From assembly GCA_030754595.1 (NCBI GenBank), contig JASLZZ010000110.1, forward strand, positions 1-55,314: DNA of 55,314 nucleotides, given 5' to 3'. Shown piece by piece: positions 9,913 to 19,964 of this stretch (within the stretch, counting starts at the first letter, position 1; each line of letters starts with the position of its first letter). Source of the DNA: Nitrospinota bacterium. Lineage in GTDB: Bacteria; UBA8248. The notes below the pieces were generated by a model. The model did no database searches and was not told where the DNA came from. It saw nothing but the letters and a program-made list of their open reading frames with translations. A program made the translations under genes and the position numbers.

Positions 9913-11025
9913 TCACCCCATCCCGAAGGCTCCCTCGAGGACCACCCGCCTTCGGAGCCATGCGTTTGCGCAAATCATCTTCGCCGCAGAGCGGATCAGG
10001 CTCTCCGGAAGGGCATCGGCGAGCCGGACCGCCACCCCCCCGCCGCCCGATCCGTAAATCTCCGAAAGGCGGCCGACGTAGGCGGCGAGTTCCGAGCGGC
10101 CCTCGAGCCAAGCGAGAATCTCCTCGGCGGCCAGCCGCGCGCTCCGCACCGCGGGGCCGATCCCCTCTCCACTAAAATCCTGGGCCAGCCCCGCCGCGTC
10201 TCCCACGAGGACGAACCGCTCGCCAGCGGGGAGCCGCGCCTTCCCACGGCGAATCGCGTAGGCATGCCCCTTGAAGGGAGTCAACTCCACCCCCTCCGGG
10301 AGGCGGCCGCTCCGGCGGAGCCTTCTCATCAGCGCACCCAAGCGCTCGTGGACGCTCGGCTTCTTGCCGACGCACCCGACGCCGATGTTCATGAAATCGC
10401 CCTTGGTAAAATACCAACCGTAGCCCCGAAAATCGGGCTCGGCGAAAAGCTCGGGACGACCGAAGTGAGGAGTGGCGCTCCTCAATCGCCCGGCGCCGAC
10501 CTCGGTCTCGCTCTCCCGGGTCAGGACGACAACCTCTTCTGAAGAGATGCCGCCGAGCGCCCGGGCGACGGGACAGGTGTAGCCCCCCGCGCCGACAACC
10601 ATCTCGGCTTCGATCCACTCGCCGCCGATATCGAGCCGGACGCCTGACGCCTCCGCCTCGACGGCGCGCACGCGGACGCCCTCCCGGACCTCGGCGCCGG
10701 CCGCCTCGGCGCGCCTGAGGAGATAGTGGTCGAATTCCTTCCGGACGATCCCGAAGCTCGCCGGCTCGGGCCAGCTGGTTTCCTTGAGTTTCTCGCCGTA
10801 GCCGACGAGTACGGTGTCGATGGCCTGAATGGTGTGCGGATAGGCCGCCGGGTCGATCTCGAGATCGGCCAAGCAGCGTTTCGTCACCCAGCCGGCGCAC
10901 AGCTTAACCCGGGGGAACTCGCGGGCCTCGATAACGAGGACGCGCCGCCCGGCCCCGGCCAGCCGCCAGGCCGCGGTGCTCCCGCCGGGACCTCCCCCGA
11001 CGATGACGGCCTCCCAGCGGCTCAT
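9913..11025 (-). CDS. FAD-dependent oxidoreductase, geranylgeranyl-reductase family
   Basis: IVGGGPGGS, FPRVKLCAG, RKEFDHYL, GYGWYF and LVGDAAGL...GEGI motifs. Confidence 0.88.
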   Translation of the reverse strand: MSRWEAVIVGGGPGGSTAAWRLAGAGRRVLVIEAREFPRVKLCAGWVTKRCLADLEIDPAAYPHTIQAIDTVLVGYGEKLKETSWPEPASFGIVRKEFDHYLLRRAEAAGAEVREGVRVRAVEAEASGVRLDIGGEWIEAEMVVGAGGYTCPVARALGGISSEEVVVLTRESETEVGAGRLRSATPHFGRPELFAEPDFRGYGWYFTKGDFMNIGVGCVGKKPSVHERLGALMRRLRRSGRLPEGVELTPFKGHAYAIRRGKARLPAGERFVLVGDAAGLAQDFSGEGIGPAVRSARLAAEEILAWLEGRSELAAYVGRLSEIYGSGGGGVAVRLADALPESLIRSAAKMICANAWLRRRVVLEGAFGMG

Positions 11026-11375
11026 TCCGGAAGCCTCTTCACGCGAAGGGCGATCTTCATCTTGTCCCAGTAGGAAAGCTCGAGCGCCTCCATTTCGTCC
11101 GCCACCGGCATCACATCGAAGAGATCGCCGATGAGGTCGATGTCGCCGTCGCAGTACGCCTCGCCGAACTCGGCCGCCGTCGGGTTCATCAAAAGCCGCT
11201 TAAACGCCTGGACAGTGGGGATCACGACTGTGACGGGACGGACATCCCGGCCGAGAGAGATTTCGGCATCGTCCCAAAGACGGACCCTGAAACCGACCTG
11301 GATGGGGGCGTAGATATCCCGGAGAATTTGAGCTGCCGCGGCGGCGTTCAAATCCTGGTGAGTGTCAGAGCCCAT
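11022..11375 (-). CDS. Stand-alone protein resembling the N-terminal domain of Cfa
   Basis: 117 aa: FRVRLWDD...AFKRLLMNPTAAEFGEAYCDGDIDLIGDL, matching the GEAYxxGxxDxxGDL motif of Cfa N-termini. Its stop overlaps the start of the reductase (ATGA). Confidence 0.75.
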   Translation of the reverse strand: MGSDTHQDLNAAAAAQILRDIYAPIQVGFRVRLWDDAEISLGRDVRPVTVVIPTVQAFKRLLMNPTAAEFGEAYCDGDIDLIGDLFDVMPVADEMEALELSYWDKMKIALRVKRLPE

Positions 11376-11557
11376 CCCCACACCTTCCTCATCATAAAAT
11401 ACTTGGTAAAAGGATACCAAAAACAACCCTAAATTTCCGCCCCCCAAAGCCCCCCGCCCCCAGGCGCAGGGGCAGGGGGAGCCTCCGAAATAGAAAAATC
11501 GCCAAAACAATTGAATTTATTTGATTAAGGAGAGATCGCCCGAAGCGGTCAGAGGGA

Positions 11558-11770
11558 TTAATCCGGCGGTCCACCGAGCACTTCGGGGTTGACCAGGTTG
11601 ATTGGACGCTCGCCCGAAAGGGCGAGGCGGATGTTCTCGGCGGTCCGCCCGAGGGCGGCGGCGGCGGTCTCCCGCGTCCGGGAGGCGTAGTGGGGGCTGA
11701 GCAACACGTTGGGAATCGACCGTAGCGGATGATCGCCGGGCAGGGGCTCGGGGTCGGTCACGTCGAGGTC
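11558..11770 (-). pseudogene. C-terminal remnant of a 2-hydroxyacid dehydrogenase
   Basis: DLDVTDPEPLPGDHPLRSIPNVLLSPHYAS...PINLVN only; there is no room for the N-terminal ~250 aa before the upstream gene. Confidence 0.8.
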
Positions 11771-11817
11771 CGGGCTCCCCTTGAGTCGTTCTCTAAAAGA
11801 ATCGCTCGCGAATATCT

Positions 11818-12849
11818 CTAATCGTTCTCGAGAATCTCTTCCAACGTTACTGCCCGGCGCTCGGCGTGGCTGAGAAGCATCGCCCGCATCACGCCCAGCG
11901 CGCGCACCCCCTCCTCGCCCCCGACCTCGGGCTCGCCTCCCTCGCGGACACAGCGGGCCAGGTCGGTGAACTGTTCGGCGTTGGCCAACTCCCTTCCCGC
12001 CACCATCCCGACGCCGATGTCGATCTCCTCGGCGTCGCCCATCGCCTCCTCCAGGCGCTGGAGGGTGGGCATCCCCCCGCTCGTGAGGCTGAGCGTCGCC
12101 TTCGTCCCCTCGATCAGAACGCCGACGCGAAAGGCGGCCATGTAGCTTCCCGTCAAAGCTCCGACAACGCCGCTCGAGAACCGGAGCACCCCCGCCGCCG
12201 AGTCGTCCGTCCTCGAGGGGCCGCCCACCTTCCCCGCCGCCGCGTCAACGGACTCGATCTCCCCGAAGAGAGCCTCCAGGAGGTCGGCCAGGTGAATCGT
12301 ATAGCTATAGAGCGGGCCGCCGGGATTCTCGACCGGGTCCCAGCGATCGCTCCCCTCCCCGGCGGTGAGTCCGAGGGTGTTCGAGAAATGCGCCAACACC
12401 AGGCTGACCGTCCCCAACTCGCCGGCGTCGATTATTTTCTTGGCCCGGCGAAACATCGGCCAACGCCGGAAGTTCTGCCCCAGGGCGAGCTTGACGCCCG
12501 CCTCCCGGCAGGCGGCGACGATCTCCTTCGCGTCCGAAACCGAAAGGGCCATGGGCTTTTCCATGTGAATGTGCTTTCCGGCCCAGGCCGCCGCCAGGGC
12601 CTGTTCCTTGTGGCCGCTGTTCGGCGTGGCGATGACGACAGCTTCGGTCTCCGGATCGGCCAGGAGAGATTCCATCGAATCGTAGCCACGGCAGCCGTAC
12701 TTCTCAGAAAACCCATCGCGGGTGGCCGGGGTGCGCGCGAAACCGCCGGCGATCTCGGCCGCCCCCGAGGCCAGCGCCGCGTCGGCGAGCACCTCCCCCC
12801 ACCAGCCCAGCCCGATGAACGCCACTCTCAACGGATCATTGTTGCTCAT
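11818..12849 (-). CDS. Gfo/Idh/MocA family oxidoreductase
   Basis: VAFIGLGWWG, VVIATPNSGH, GKHIHMEKPMA and IHLAD motifs. Confidence 0.9.
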   Translation of the reverse strand: MSNNDPLRVAFIGLGWWGEVLADAALASGAAEIAGGFARTPATRDGFSEKYGCRGYDSMESLLADPETEAVVIATPNSGHKEQALAAAWAGKHIHMEKPMALSVSDAKEIVAACREAGVKLALGQNFRRWPMFRRAKKIIDAGELGTVSLVLAHFSNTLGLTAGEGSDRWDPVENPGGPLYSYTIHLADLLEALFGEIESVDAAAGKVGGPSRTDDSAAGVLRFSSGVVGALTGSYMAAFRVGVLIEGTKATLSLTSGGMPTLQRLEEAMGDAEEIDIGVGMVAGRELANAEQFTDLARCVREGGEPEVGGEEGVRALGVMRAMLLSHAERRAVTLEEILEND

Positions 12850-12961
12850 CAATCTCTCCCGGGAAAAAAGAACTTGAAGAAACGCCGCTCCGCCTCAAGC
12901 GAAGCGGAGCGGTGAAGGACCCGAATGGTCAAAATTCAAAAGACGACTGGAGTGCTCGAAC

Positions 12962-14059
12962 CTACCCGATGATTTTCAACTCGGGGACGCTGAAGGGCGC
13001 CGAGGAGTTATGGATGGCCACCTGAAGGGCGACGTTGCGCGCCGCCTCGCGGAAGGCTATCGCCACTGGGCTGTCCGGCTCGCTCACCACAACGGGCTCG
13101 CCCCGGTCGCCGCCCAAGCGGACCTTGATGTCGAGCGGCACTGCGCCCAAAAAAGGAACCTCGTAGCGCGAAGCGGCCTCCTCGCCACCACCTGAGTCGA
13201 ATATATCCTCCCGGTTCCCGCAGCTGGGGCACTCGTAATAGCTCATGTTCTCGATGATCCCCAAAATCGGCACCTCCGTCTTACGGAACATCTGGAGCCC
13301 CTTGCGCGCGTCGAGCAGGGCGATGTCCTGGGGAGTGGTGACGATGACGGCCCCGGAGAGGGAGACCTGCTGGACGATGGTGAGCTGAACGTCGCCCGTC
13401 CCGGGCGGCAGGTCGAGGATCAGGTAGTCCAGATCCTCCCACAGGGTTTCGCCGAGAAACTGAACGAGAGCCTTCATCACCATCGGCCCGCGCCAGATGA
13501 CCGGGCTGTCCTCGTCCACCATGAATCCGATGGACATCACCTTCACCCCCCGCGCCGAGAGCGGGTAGATGCGGTTATTCTCGTCGACCATCGGCTTCTC
13601 GTCCGCCACTCCGAGCATATGGGGCTGACTCGGGCCGTAGATATCCGCGTCGAGCACGCCCACCTTCGCGCCCTCGCCCACCAGGGCCAGCGCGATGTTC
13701 GCCGCGACGGTGGACTTGCCCACCCCGCCCTTGCCGCTCGCCACAGCGATGATGTTCTTCACCCCGGCGATATCCATTTTCCCCTGCCCCACGGGCCTGG
13801 CGGTGACGTGACTATCCAGGCGCACGTTGACGGCCGCTACTCCGTCCAGCACCCCCACGGCCAGACGGCAGTCTTCAAAGAATTGATCCTTACGAGGATG
13901 CGCCGGGGTGGTCAACACCAGCGTGAAGGCCACGGCGTCTCCGCAGATCTGGACGTTCTTGATCATCTTGAGGCTAACGACATCCTTGCCCAGGTCGGGG
14001 TCCCTCACCTTTTTCAGCGCCTCGAGAACCTGTTCCTCCGTGATTTCCACCATCGACAT
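12962..14059 (-). CDS. apbC: Mrp/ApbC Fe-S cluster carrier ATPase with N-terminal FeS_assembly_P (DUF59) domain
   Basis: VASGKGGVGKST, DADIYGPS, WRGPM, DLPPGTGD and ENMSYYECPSC motifs. Confidence 0.93.
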   Translation of the reverse strand: MSMVEITEEQVLEALKKVRDPDLGKDVVSLKMIKNVQICGDAVAFTLVLTTPAHPRKDQFFEDCRLAVGVLDGVAAVNVRLDSHVTARPVGQGKMDIAGVKNIIAVASGKGGVGKSTVAANIALALVGEGAKVGVLDADIYGPSQPHMLGVADEKPMVDENNRIYPLSARGVKVMSIGFMVDEDSPVIWRGPMVMKALVQFLGETLWEDLDYLILDLPPGTGDVQLTIVQQVSLSGAVIVTTPQDIALLDARKGLQMFRKTEVPILGIIENMSYYECPSCGNREDIFDSGGGEEAASRYEVPFLGAVPLDIKVRLGGDRGEPVVVSEPDSPVAIAFREAARNVALQVAIHNSSAPFSVPELKIIG

Positions 14060-14382
14060 TCACTCCTTAGGTGCGCTTGCGCGCATCGAAAAATCGCCAT
14101 AATTCGGACGCTCCGGCCTTTTTCTTGGGGAAAAACGCCCGCCTCCCCCCGTTGCAGCGGCCTATCTTATGGCCCGGTTTTCTTGACTGTCAATCACTCG
14201 GCGCCTCGGAATCCGGACCAGCGTACCTTTTCTTTCGCGAAATTCCCGCCGTTCGGTTGACGCCCACTCTCCCGAGAGACTAAATATACTTCGTCCCACT
14301 CCTGAGGCAGGGGCGGGCAGGAGAAACGCCAAGCCGGATATATCCCGAAAAATTTCCGTATATGCAGAGGGGAGCCGAAAAA

Positions 14383-15183
14383 TTGGACATCATCGTTTGC
14401 GTCAAGCAGGTCCTTGACCACGATATCCCGCCGAGGGATTTCAAGGTGGACGAGGAAGCCAAGGCCGTCGTTCCGCCGTCGAACGTCTCGCCCGTCATCA
14501 GCAACTTTGACGAATACGCCGTCGAGGAAGCGATTCTACTGAAGGAAGCACACGGCGGAACAATCACCGTCCTCACCGCCGGAGGCGACAGCGCCCGCGA
14601 CCTGCTCAAAAAATGCATGGCCATGGGGTGCGACGAAGCGGTCCTGCTCCAGGACAGCGCCTTCGAGGGATCGGACCCGTTCGGCATCGCGCGCATCCTC
14701 GCCGGGGCGATCCGGAAAATCGGAGCATTCGACATCATCCTCTGCGGCCGGATCAGCAGCGACTGGAGCCAGGGGGCGACCGCCCTGGCCCTCGCCGAAG
14801 CCCTGGACCTCCCCAGCGCCTCCCAGCTCATCAAAATCGACGTGAACGGAGAGAAGCTCCGATGCGAGCGCGTTCTCGAGGACGGCGAGGAGATCGTCGA
14901 TATCTCAACGCCCTGCCTCCTGACGGCGAGCAACGAGATCAACACCCCGCGCCTCCCCTCGGTGAAGGGCATTCTCATGGCCTCGCGCAAGCAAATTCCC
15001 GTATGGGCGGCGGGCGACATTGGGGTGGACGCCGCCACCGTCGGAGCGGGCGCGGCCACCCTCGAACTCACTCGCCTCTACAAACCCGATTTGAGCACCC
15101 AGTGCGAATTCATCGAAGCCGACTCCCTCGAGGAAGCCGCCGACAAGCTCGGCGACCGGCTGCGCGAAGATAAAATCATCTAA
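14383..15183 (+). CDS. etfB: Electron transfer flavoprotein beta subunit
   Basis: IIVCVKQVLD, DEYAVEEA, AMGCDEA, ILCGR and NTPRLPS motifs; TTG start at 14383. Confidence 0.92.
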   Translation: MDIIVCVKQVLDHDIPPRDFKVDEEAKAVVPPSNVSPVISNFDEYAVEEAILLKEAHGGTITVLTAGGDSARDLLKKCMAMGCDEAVLLQDSAFEGSDPFGIARILAGAIRKIGAFDIILCGRISSDWSQGATALALAEALDLPSASQLIKIDVNGEKLRCERVLEDGEEIVDISTPCLLTASNEINTPRLPSVKGILMASRKQIPVWAAGDIGVDAATVGAGAATLELTRLYKPDLSTQCEFIEADSLEEAADKLGDRLREDKII

Positions 15184-15201
15184 ACTCGGAGAGACCGATC
15201 C

Positions 15202-16191
15202 ATGTCAAATGACGTATTGATATTGGCAGAACGCAACAACGACCGCCTCGCGATAGTGAGCAGCGAGCTCTGCGGCATCGGAAGAAAACTCGCCGACGAG
15301 AAGGGAGGCTCTCTCATCGCTCTCCTCATCGGCGGCAGCGGAACAAAGGACCTCGCCCAGGGCCTCATCGCTCTCGGGGCGGACAAGGTACTCACCGCCG
15401 AGGCGGATATCCTCGAGGGATACAACAACGCGGCCTACACCGAGGTCATCGACAGCGCGGTGGGCGAAACCGACCCGGCCATCTTTCTGCTGGGCTGCAC
15501 CTCGTCCGGCCGCGACATCGGACCTCGCATCGCCTTCCGCCGGGGAACGAGCTACGCCAACGATTGCTCGGAACTCTCCATCGAGGAGGGCAAGCTCGCC
15601 GCCGCGCGGTCCGTCTACGGAGGCAACGCGCTCAGCTACGTCCGATCGAGGACAGACAAGGCGATGGCCTCCATCCGGATGAAGGCGTTTCCCCCCGCCG
15701 ACATCGAAGAGGGCCGATCGGGCGAGTTGGGCGAGATCGAGGTCACAATCGAGGCTGGCGCCCTCAAGACGAATTTCATCGAGACGCGCCAGGCCGAGTC
15801 CGAGGGTGTGCGCCTCGAGGACGCCGAATATGTGGTGAGCGGTGGCCGGGGGCTCGGCGGACCGGAAAATTTCGAGCAGCTCGACAAGCTGGCGAAAGTC
15901 CTCAAGGCGGCGGTGGGCGCCAGCCGCGCCGCCGTGGACGCCGGCTGGGTCCCCACCCACATGCAGGTGGGCCAGACGGGCAAGATCGTGAGCCCGACGC
16001 TCTACATAGCAGTAGGAATCTCGGGGGCGATGCAGCACATGGTCGGCGCGGGACCCAGCAAGAATATCGTCGCGATCAACACCGACCCGGACGCCCCGAT
16101 CTTCCAGCGCGCGCGCTACGGCATCGTGGGCGACTACAAGAAAGTCATCCCCGCGCTGACGGAAAAACTCGCGAAGCTGCTCGAGAGCTAG
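15202..16191 (+). CDS. etfA: Electron transfer flavoprotein alpha subunit
   Basis: VVSGGRGLG, GASRAAVDAGW, QVGQTGK, GISGAMQH and AINTDPDAPIF motifs. Confidence 0.95.
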   Translation: MSNDVLILAERNNDRLAIVSSELCGIGRKLADEKGGSLIALLIGGSGTKDLAQGLIALGADKVLTAEADILEGYNNAAYTEVIDSAVGETDPAIFLLGCTSSGRDIGPRIAFRRGTSYANDCSELSIEEGKLAAARSVYGGNALSYVRSRTDKAMASIRMKAFPPADIEEGRSGELGEIEVTIEAGALKTNFIETRQAESEGVRLEDAEYVVSGGRGLGGPENFEQLDKLAKVLKAAVGASRAAVDAGWVPTHMQVGQTGKIVSPTLYIAVGISGAMQHMVGAGPSKNIVAINTDPDAPIFQRARYGIVGDYKKVIPALTEKLAKLLES

Positions 16192-16203
16192 CCCGGGCGG
16201 GCC

Positions 16204-16923
16204 TCACACGAGCGGCTGATAGGCCCAGACCACCCGGCCGACGATCCAATCCTCGGGGCTCCCGCCATCGAGATCGATGTGGACGGCGAGCTCGTCGCGG
16301 TTCTCGGGCACCAGCCAGAGGCGTGGCGGGGTCCATTGAAGGCGTTTGAGGGTGCAGGCCCCCGAGTCGTCCCGGACGGCGAAGATCCCCTCGGCGGCGA
16401 TTTCCTTGTCGCGCCGGTCGATGACCACCACGGCGCCGGGCTGGATGAGCGGGAGCATGCTCCGGCCCATCCGCCGGTCCACGCGAACGGCCACGAGGTC
16501 CGAGCGCCCCGACACCTGAGAGATGTGAATGAGGGCGTACTCCTCGATGTCCTCGTCAACGATCAGGGGCCTGCCCGCGGCGATCGAGCCGGAGACCAGG
16601 GGCACCGCGCGGAAATCGGTCTCCTCCACCACGCCGGGGCCCTGGACGTTCTCCGACATGCGCACGGCCACGTCCACGGGGCCGGCCACCACCGTCTCGT
16701 GGGCCCTTTTTCGGCCCATCAGCCAATCCACCGAAACGCCAAGCGCCTCTCCGATGCGGAGGAGCTTGCCCGCGCTGGGCTCGTTCTCCCCCTCCTCGTA
16801 GCGGGTGAGATTCGCCCAACTCAGACCCGACGCCTTCGCGAGCTGGTTGCGGTTCCAGCCCCGGCGGTTGCGGGCCTCGGAGATTCGCATACCGGCTTGC
16901 CTGAAATGAGTGGACTTGGCCAT
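16204..16923 (-). CDS. XRE-family HTH + S24 peptidase repressor (LexA/CI-like)
   Basis: N-terminal HTH (QLAKASGLSWANLTRYEEGENEP), IAAG cleavage site, SMLP catalytic Ser and TLKRL catalytic Lys. Confidence 0.88.
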   Translation of the reverse strand: MAKSTHFRQAGMRISEARNRRGWNRNQLAKASGLSWANLTRYEEGENEPSAGKLLRIGEALGVSVDWLMGRKRAHETVVAGPVDVAVRMSENVQGPGVVEETDFRAVPLVSGSIAAGRPLIVDEDIEEYALIHISQVSGRSDLVAVRVDRRMGRSMLPLIQPGAVVVIDRRDKEIAAEGIFAVRDDSGACTLKRLQWTPPRLWLVPENRDELAVHIDLDGGSPEDWIVGRVVWAYQPLV

Positions 16924-17097
16924 CGCGCAACTCGGTGAAGGAGAGGTCCCTAAATCGGCGGCACTCGAAGCCTAAATTGAGTTCAAATCCATCGACCGAA
17001 AAAACCTAGCACTTTGGGCGCGGGGGGGGGAAGGTGGGCCGCGAAGCGGCCCTTGCGCAGCAGCCTCCCCCCGGCGGCGCGGCAAAGACCGCCTGAT

Positions 17098-17131
17098 AAA
17101 AAACGGGCGCCTCCCGGAAGAGGCGCCCGTT
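17098..17131 (-). terminator. Rho-independent terminator downstream of the cyclase gene
   Basis: Inverted repeat AACGGGCGCCTC/GAGGCGCCCGTT followed on the minus strand by a T run. Confidence 0.75.
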
Positions 17132-17211
17132 AGTTGGATTCTCTCTCTGGACCCGGTTTTCCGCGCTCCGGCTGTTCCTCTCGTCCTCTCGGACTCCCCT
17201 CCCGAGGGGGA

Positions 17212-17901
17212 CTAATCCTCGAAAATCGCGACCGCGCGGACGGGGGAGCCCGTGCCGCCCCGCCATTTCAGAGGAAAGCAGGCGAAGCGAAAAGGGCCCT
17301 GGCCGAGGACTTTATCCAGGTTGCAAAGACTTTCGAGGTGGGTGATCCCGACATCGAGACAGGCTTTGTGGACGAGGGAGTTCACATCCCCCGCCGGGCC
17401 CGGGCGCATGGAGTCGATCCCGAAGTGGACGACGCCCTGTGCGGCGAGCCATTCTGTGGACTCGACGGTGACGCCCGGGTTGTCCGTCCCGTAGGCCGGG
17501 GTCGGGAAAGTGCGCTCGTGGTGGCCGGTGTAGAGGAGAATGGTGCCGCCCTTCTGAATCGGGTCGCCGGATTTTTCGACGGCGGCCTCGAGGTCGGCGG
17601 GCGAGATCTCCGCTCCGGGCGCGATGTCGCGCAGGTCGATGCAGGTACCCATGACGAAACAATTCTCGAGGGGGTACTCGTTGATCGGGGTGGCGGTGGC
17701 CGAAAAATGGCGCGGCGAATCGAGGTGGGTCCCCCCGTGGTCGGGCATCGTGAAGTACATGACGCTGTTGCCGTGGACGTTGCCCGAGTCGGCGAAGGCT
17801 TCGTCGTGGGACTTCCAGACGCCGTGGATAATGGGCGGCTGGCCCGGATACTGGGGGGTCCGGTGGTAGAGTTCTCGGCTCAGGTCGATGATCTTGGGCA
17901 T
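17212..17901 (-). CDS. Cyclase-family metal hydrolase (kynurenine formamidase-like)
   Basis: IIDLS, HGGTHLDSPRHF (HxGTHxDxPxH), GIDS, HLESL and GTGSPVRAVA motifs. Confidence 0.9.
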   Translation of the reverse strand: MPKIIDLSRELYHRTPQYPGQPPIIHGVWKSHDEAFADSGNVHGNSVMYFTMPDHGGTHLDSPRHFSATATPINEYPLENCFVMGTCIDLRDIAPGAEISPADLEAAVEKSGDPIQKGGTILLYTGHHERTFPTPAYGTDNPGVTVESTEWLAAQGVVHFGIDSMRPGPAGDVNSLVHKACLDVGITHLESLCNLDKVLGQGPFRFACFPLKWRGGTGSPVRAVAIFED

Positions 17902-18047
17902 TTTCCTCTCCTGTCGGGCCTCGCCGGCGCGCGGCGGACCGGATGATTCCACGCAACCGCCCCTGGCGGGCGGGCGCGATTTATCGATGGATGACCCTAT
18001 CTATCTACCCCAGCCGGGGGCCGGGGTAAAGATGCCCGAAGGCGGCC

Positions 18048-18843
18048 TTAGACCCGTACGGCCTGGCACTCCCCGCCGTCGACGTTGATCGAGCTGCCGG
18101 TGACGCTGCCGGCGAGGTCCGAGACCAGGTAGAGCACCGTCGTGGCGATATCGTCCGCGGAGACGAACCGGCCCATCGGTATCGCCGCAAGGCGCTTGGC
18201 CTTGACCTCGTCGATGGTCTTTCCGGTGAGCTCGGAGGCGCGCTTCGTTTGCCGGGCCATGCGCGGGGTGGCGGTTGCGCCCGGGTTGAGCATGTTCACA
18301 CGAATCCCGTCGGGGGCGACGCGCTTGGCGAGTTGGTGTTTGTAGGCGGCCAGCGCCGCGTTGGGGATGCATCCGGAGCCGTGAAACACGTGGGTGTGGA
18401 CATGGCTCAGCCCCGAGATGAAAATGATGCTCCCACCGCCCCGCTCGCGCAGGAGAGGTACAGCCGCTTTTGTGATCTCCACCGACGCTCTGAGCTTGAG
18501 ATCGATCGCCAGGTCGATGTCATCGTTGGATACATCGATCGGCTCCGAGCGCCGGCTCACCCCGGCGACGTTCACAACGATGTCGAGTCCACCGAGCCGG
18601 GCAGCGGCCTTCCGCGACCATCGAGGCGGGCCGTCCACTCTCGGTCAGGTCCGCTGGCAGCGCCTCCGCCCTGCCTCCCCCGGCGGCGATCCCCGCCGCC
18701 ACCTCCCTCAGATTTTCCTCGCTCCGCGCCACGAGAGCGATCGAGGCTCCGGCCCGCGCGAGCCACTCGGCGCAGGCGCGGCCGATACCCTGGCTCGCCC
18801 CGGTTACGAAGGCGCACTTTCCGCTCAAATCGATGGAGATCAT
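18048..18843 (-). pseudogene. SDR family oxidoreductase, frameshifted near 18610
   Basis: N-half VTGASQGIG in ORF 18520..18843 and C-half LDIVVNVAG...INVDGG in ORF 18048..18638. Removing one base at GCGGAAGGCC restores a continuous frame. Confidence 0.82.
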
Positions 18844-18987
18844 CTCTCCCTCCCTGGTTCATGCCGTTGGATGATAGGACAAGCGTGGGCAGTCCGGTCC
18901 GCCCCTTTCTGAATTTGGGGCACAAGAGTAGGACCGCCCCGGCGGGGGCGCAACCCCGGCGGGGTTGTCTGGCGAAAGACCGGCCGG

Positions 18988-19964
18988 CTAGAAGAAGTAC
19001 TTCCTGTCCTTGAAGTTGGGATACATCGCGGCCACCCATTTTCCGTAGCCGTTGAAAATCTGCGTGGGCCGCCTCTTATCGGTGCCCAGCATCCGCTCGG
19101 TCATCTGTGACCAGCGGGGATGCTCGAACGCGGGGTTCACGTTCGCCCAGAAGCCGTACTCGGTGGGGGCGGCGCGCTCCCAGAACGTCTGGGGGCGCTT
19201 GTCGGTGAGTTCTATCGAGACGATCGACTTCCCGTTCTTGAAGCCGTACTTCCAGGGCAGGATGAGCCTAATCGGCGCGCCGTGCTGTTGCGGCAGGGGT
19301 TTTCCGTAAACCCCGGTGGCGAGCATCGCCACCTCGTTCACCCCCTCCTTGATCGTGAGCGCCACGGTGAGGGCCACGAGTACCAGACGCGCAGCTGGCC
19401 GAGGGCGACCTTGGGTTTATAGAAGGTCTTGAAGACGATGTACTTGGCCGAGCTCTTGGGCTCGACCGCCTTGATGAGGTCCCGGATCAGAAACCCGGTC
19501 CAGGGCACCGCCATCGCCCAGGCCTCGACGCACCGGAAGCGCAGCAGCCGCTCCTCGTGCGTCATCGAACGGATGAGCGAGTCGATGTCGTAGGTCTTGG
19601 GCTTGTTCACCAGCCCCGAGACCTTCACCTCCCAAGGCCGGAGCTGGAGTCGCTTGGAGAGCCAGTAGATTCCCTTCGTCCCGCCGAACTCGTAAAAATT
19701 ATTGTAGGTGGCCGTCGCCTACTCCTCGGTGAGCGGGCGGTCGAGTTTGACGTCCGGGTTCCTCTTGGCGGGATAGAGATCGAGGGTCTTGTCCTTGTGG
19801 GCCTTGGAAGTCTCGGCCGCGCCGGCGGCGGCGATCCCGCCCAGCGCCCCGGCCGCGACGGCCCCGGCCGCGCCCTTGAGGAAATTTCTCCGGTCAAAGA
19901 AAACCGTCTCTGGAGTCGCCTCCCGCTCGGGCATGGCCCACTCGGGTTTCCGGATAAAATTCAT
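18988..19964 (-). pseudogene. msrP: Protein-methionine-sulfoxide reductase catalytic subunit MsrP (YedY), disrupted
   Basis: Tat signal DRRNFLK, TYNNFYEFG, RFRCVEAW, QHGAPIRLILPWKYGFK and HPRWSQ motifs. In-frame TAG at 19719-19721 plus a frameshift near 19370. Confidence 0.88.

Noticed and set aside
16204..16923. Prophage around the CI-like repressor
   Set aside because: No integrase, Cro, replication or structural genes; the flanks are etfA and a cyclase.
19719..19721. Pyrrolysine or amber readthrough in msrP
   Set aside because: The gene also has an independent frameshift, the position is not catalytic, no pyl genes are seen, and TAG serves as a normal stop for many genes here.
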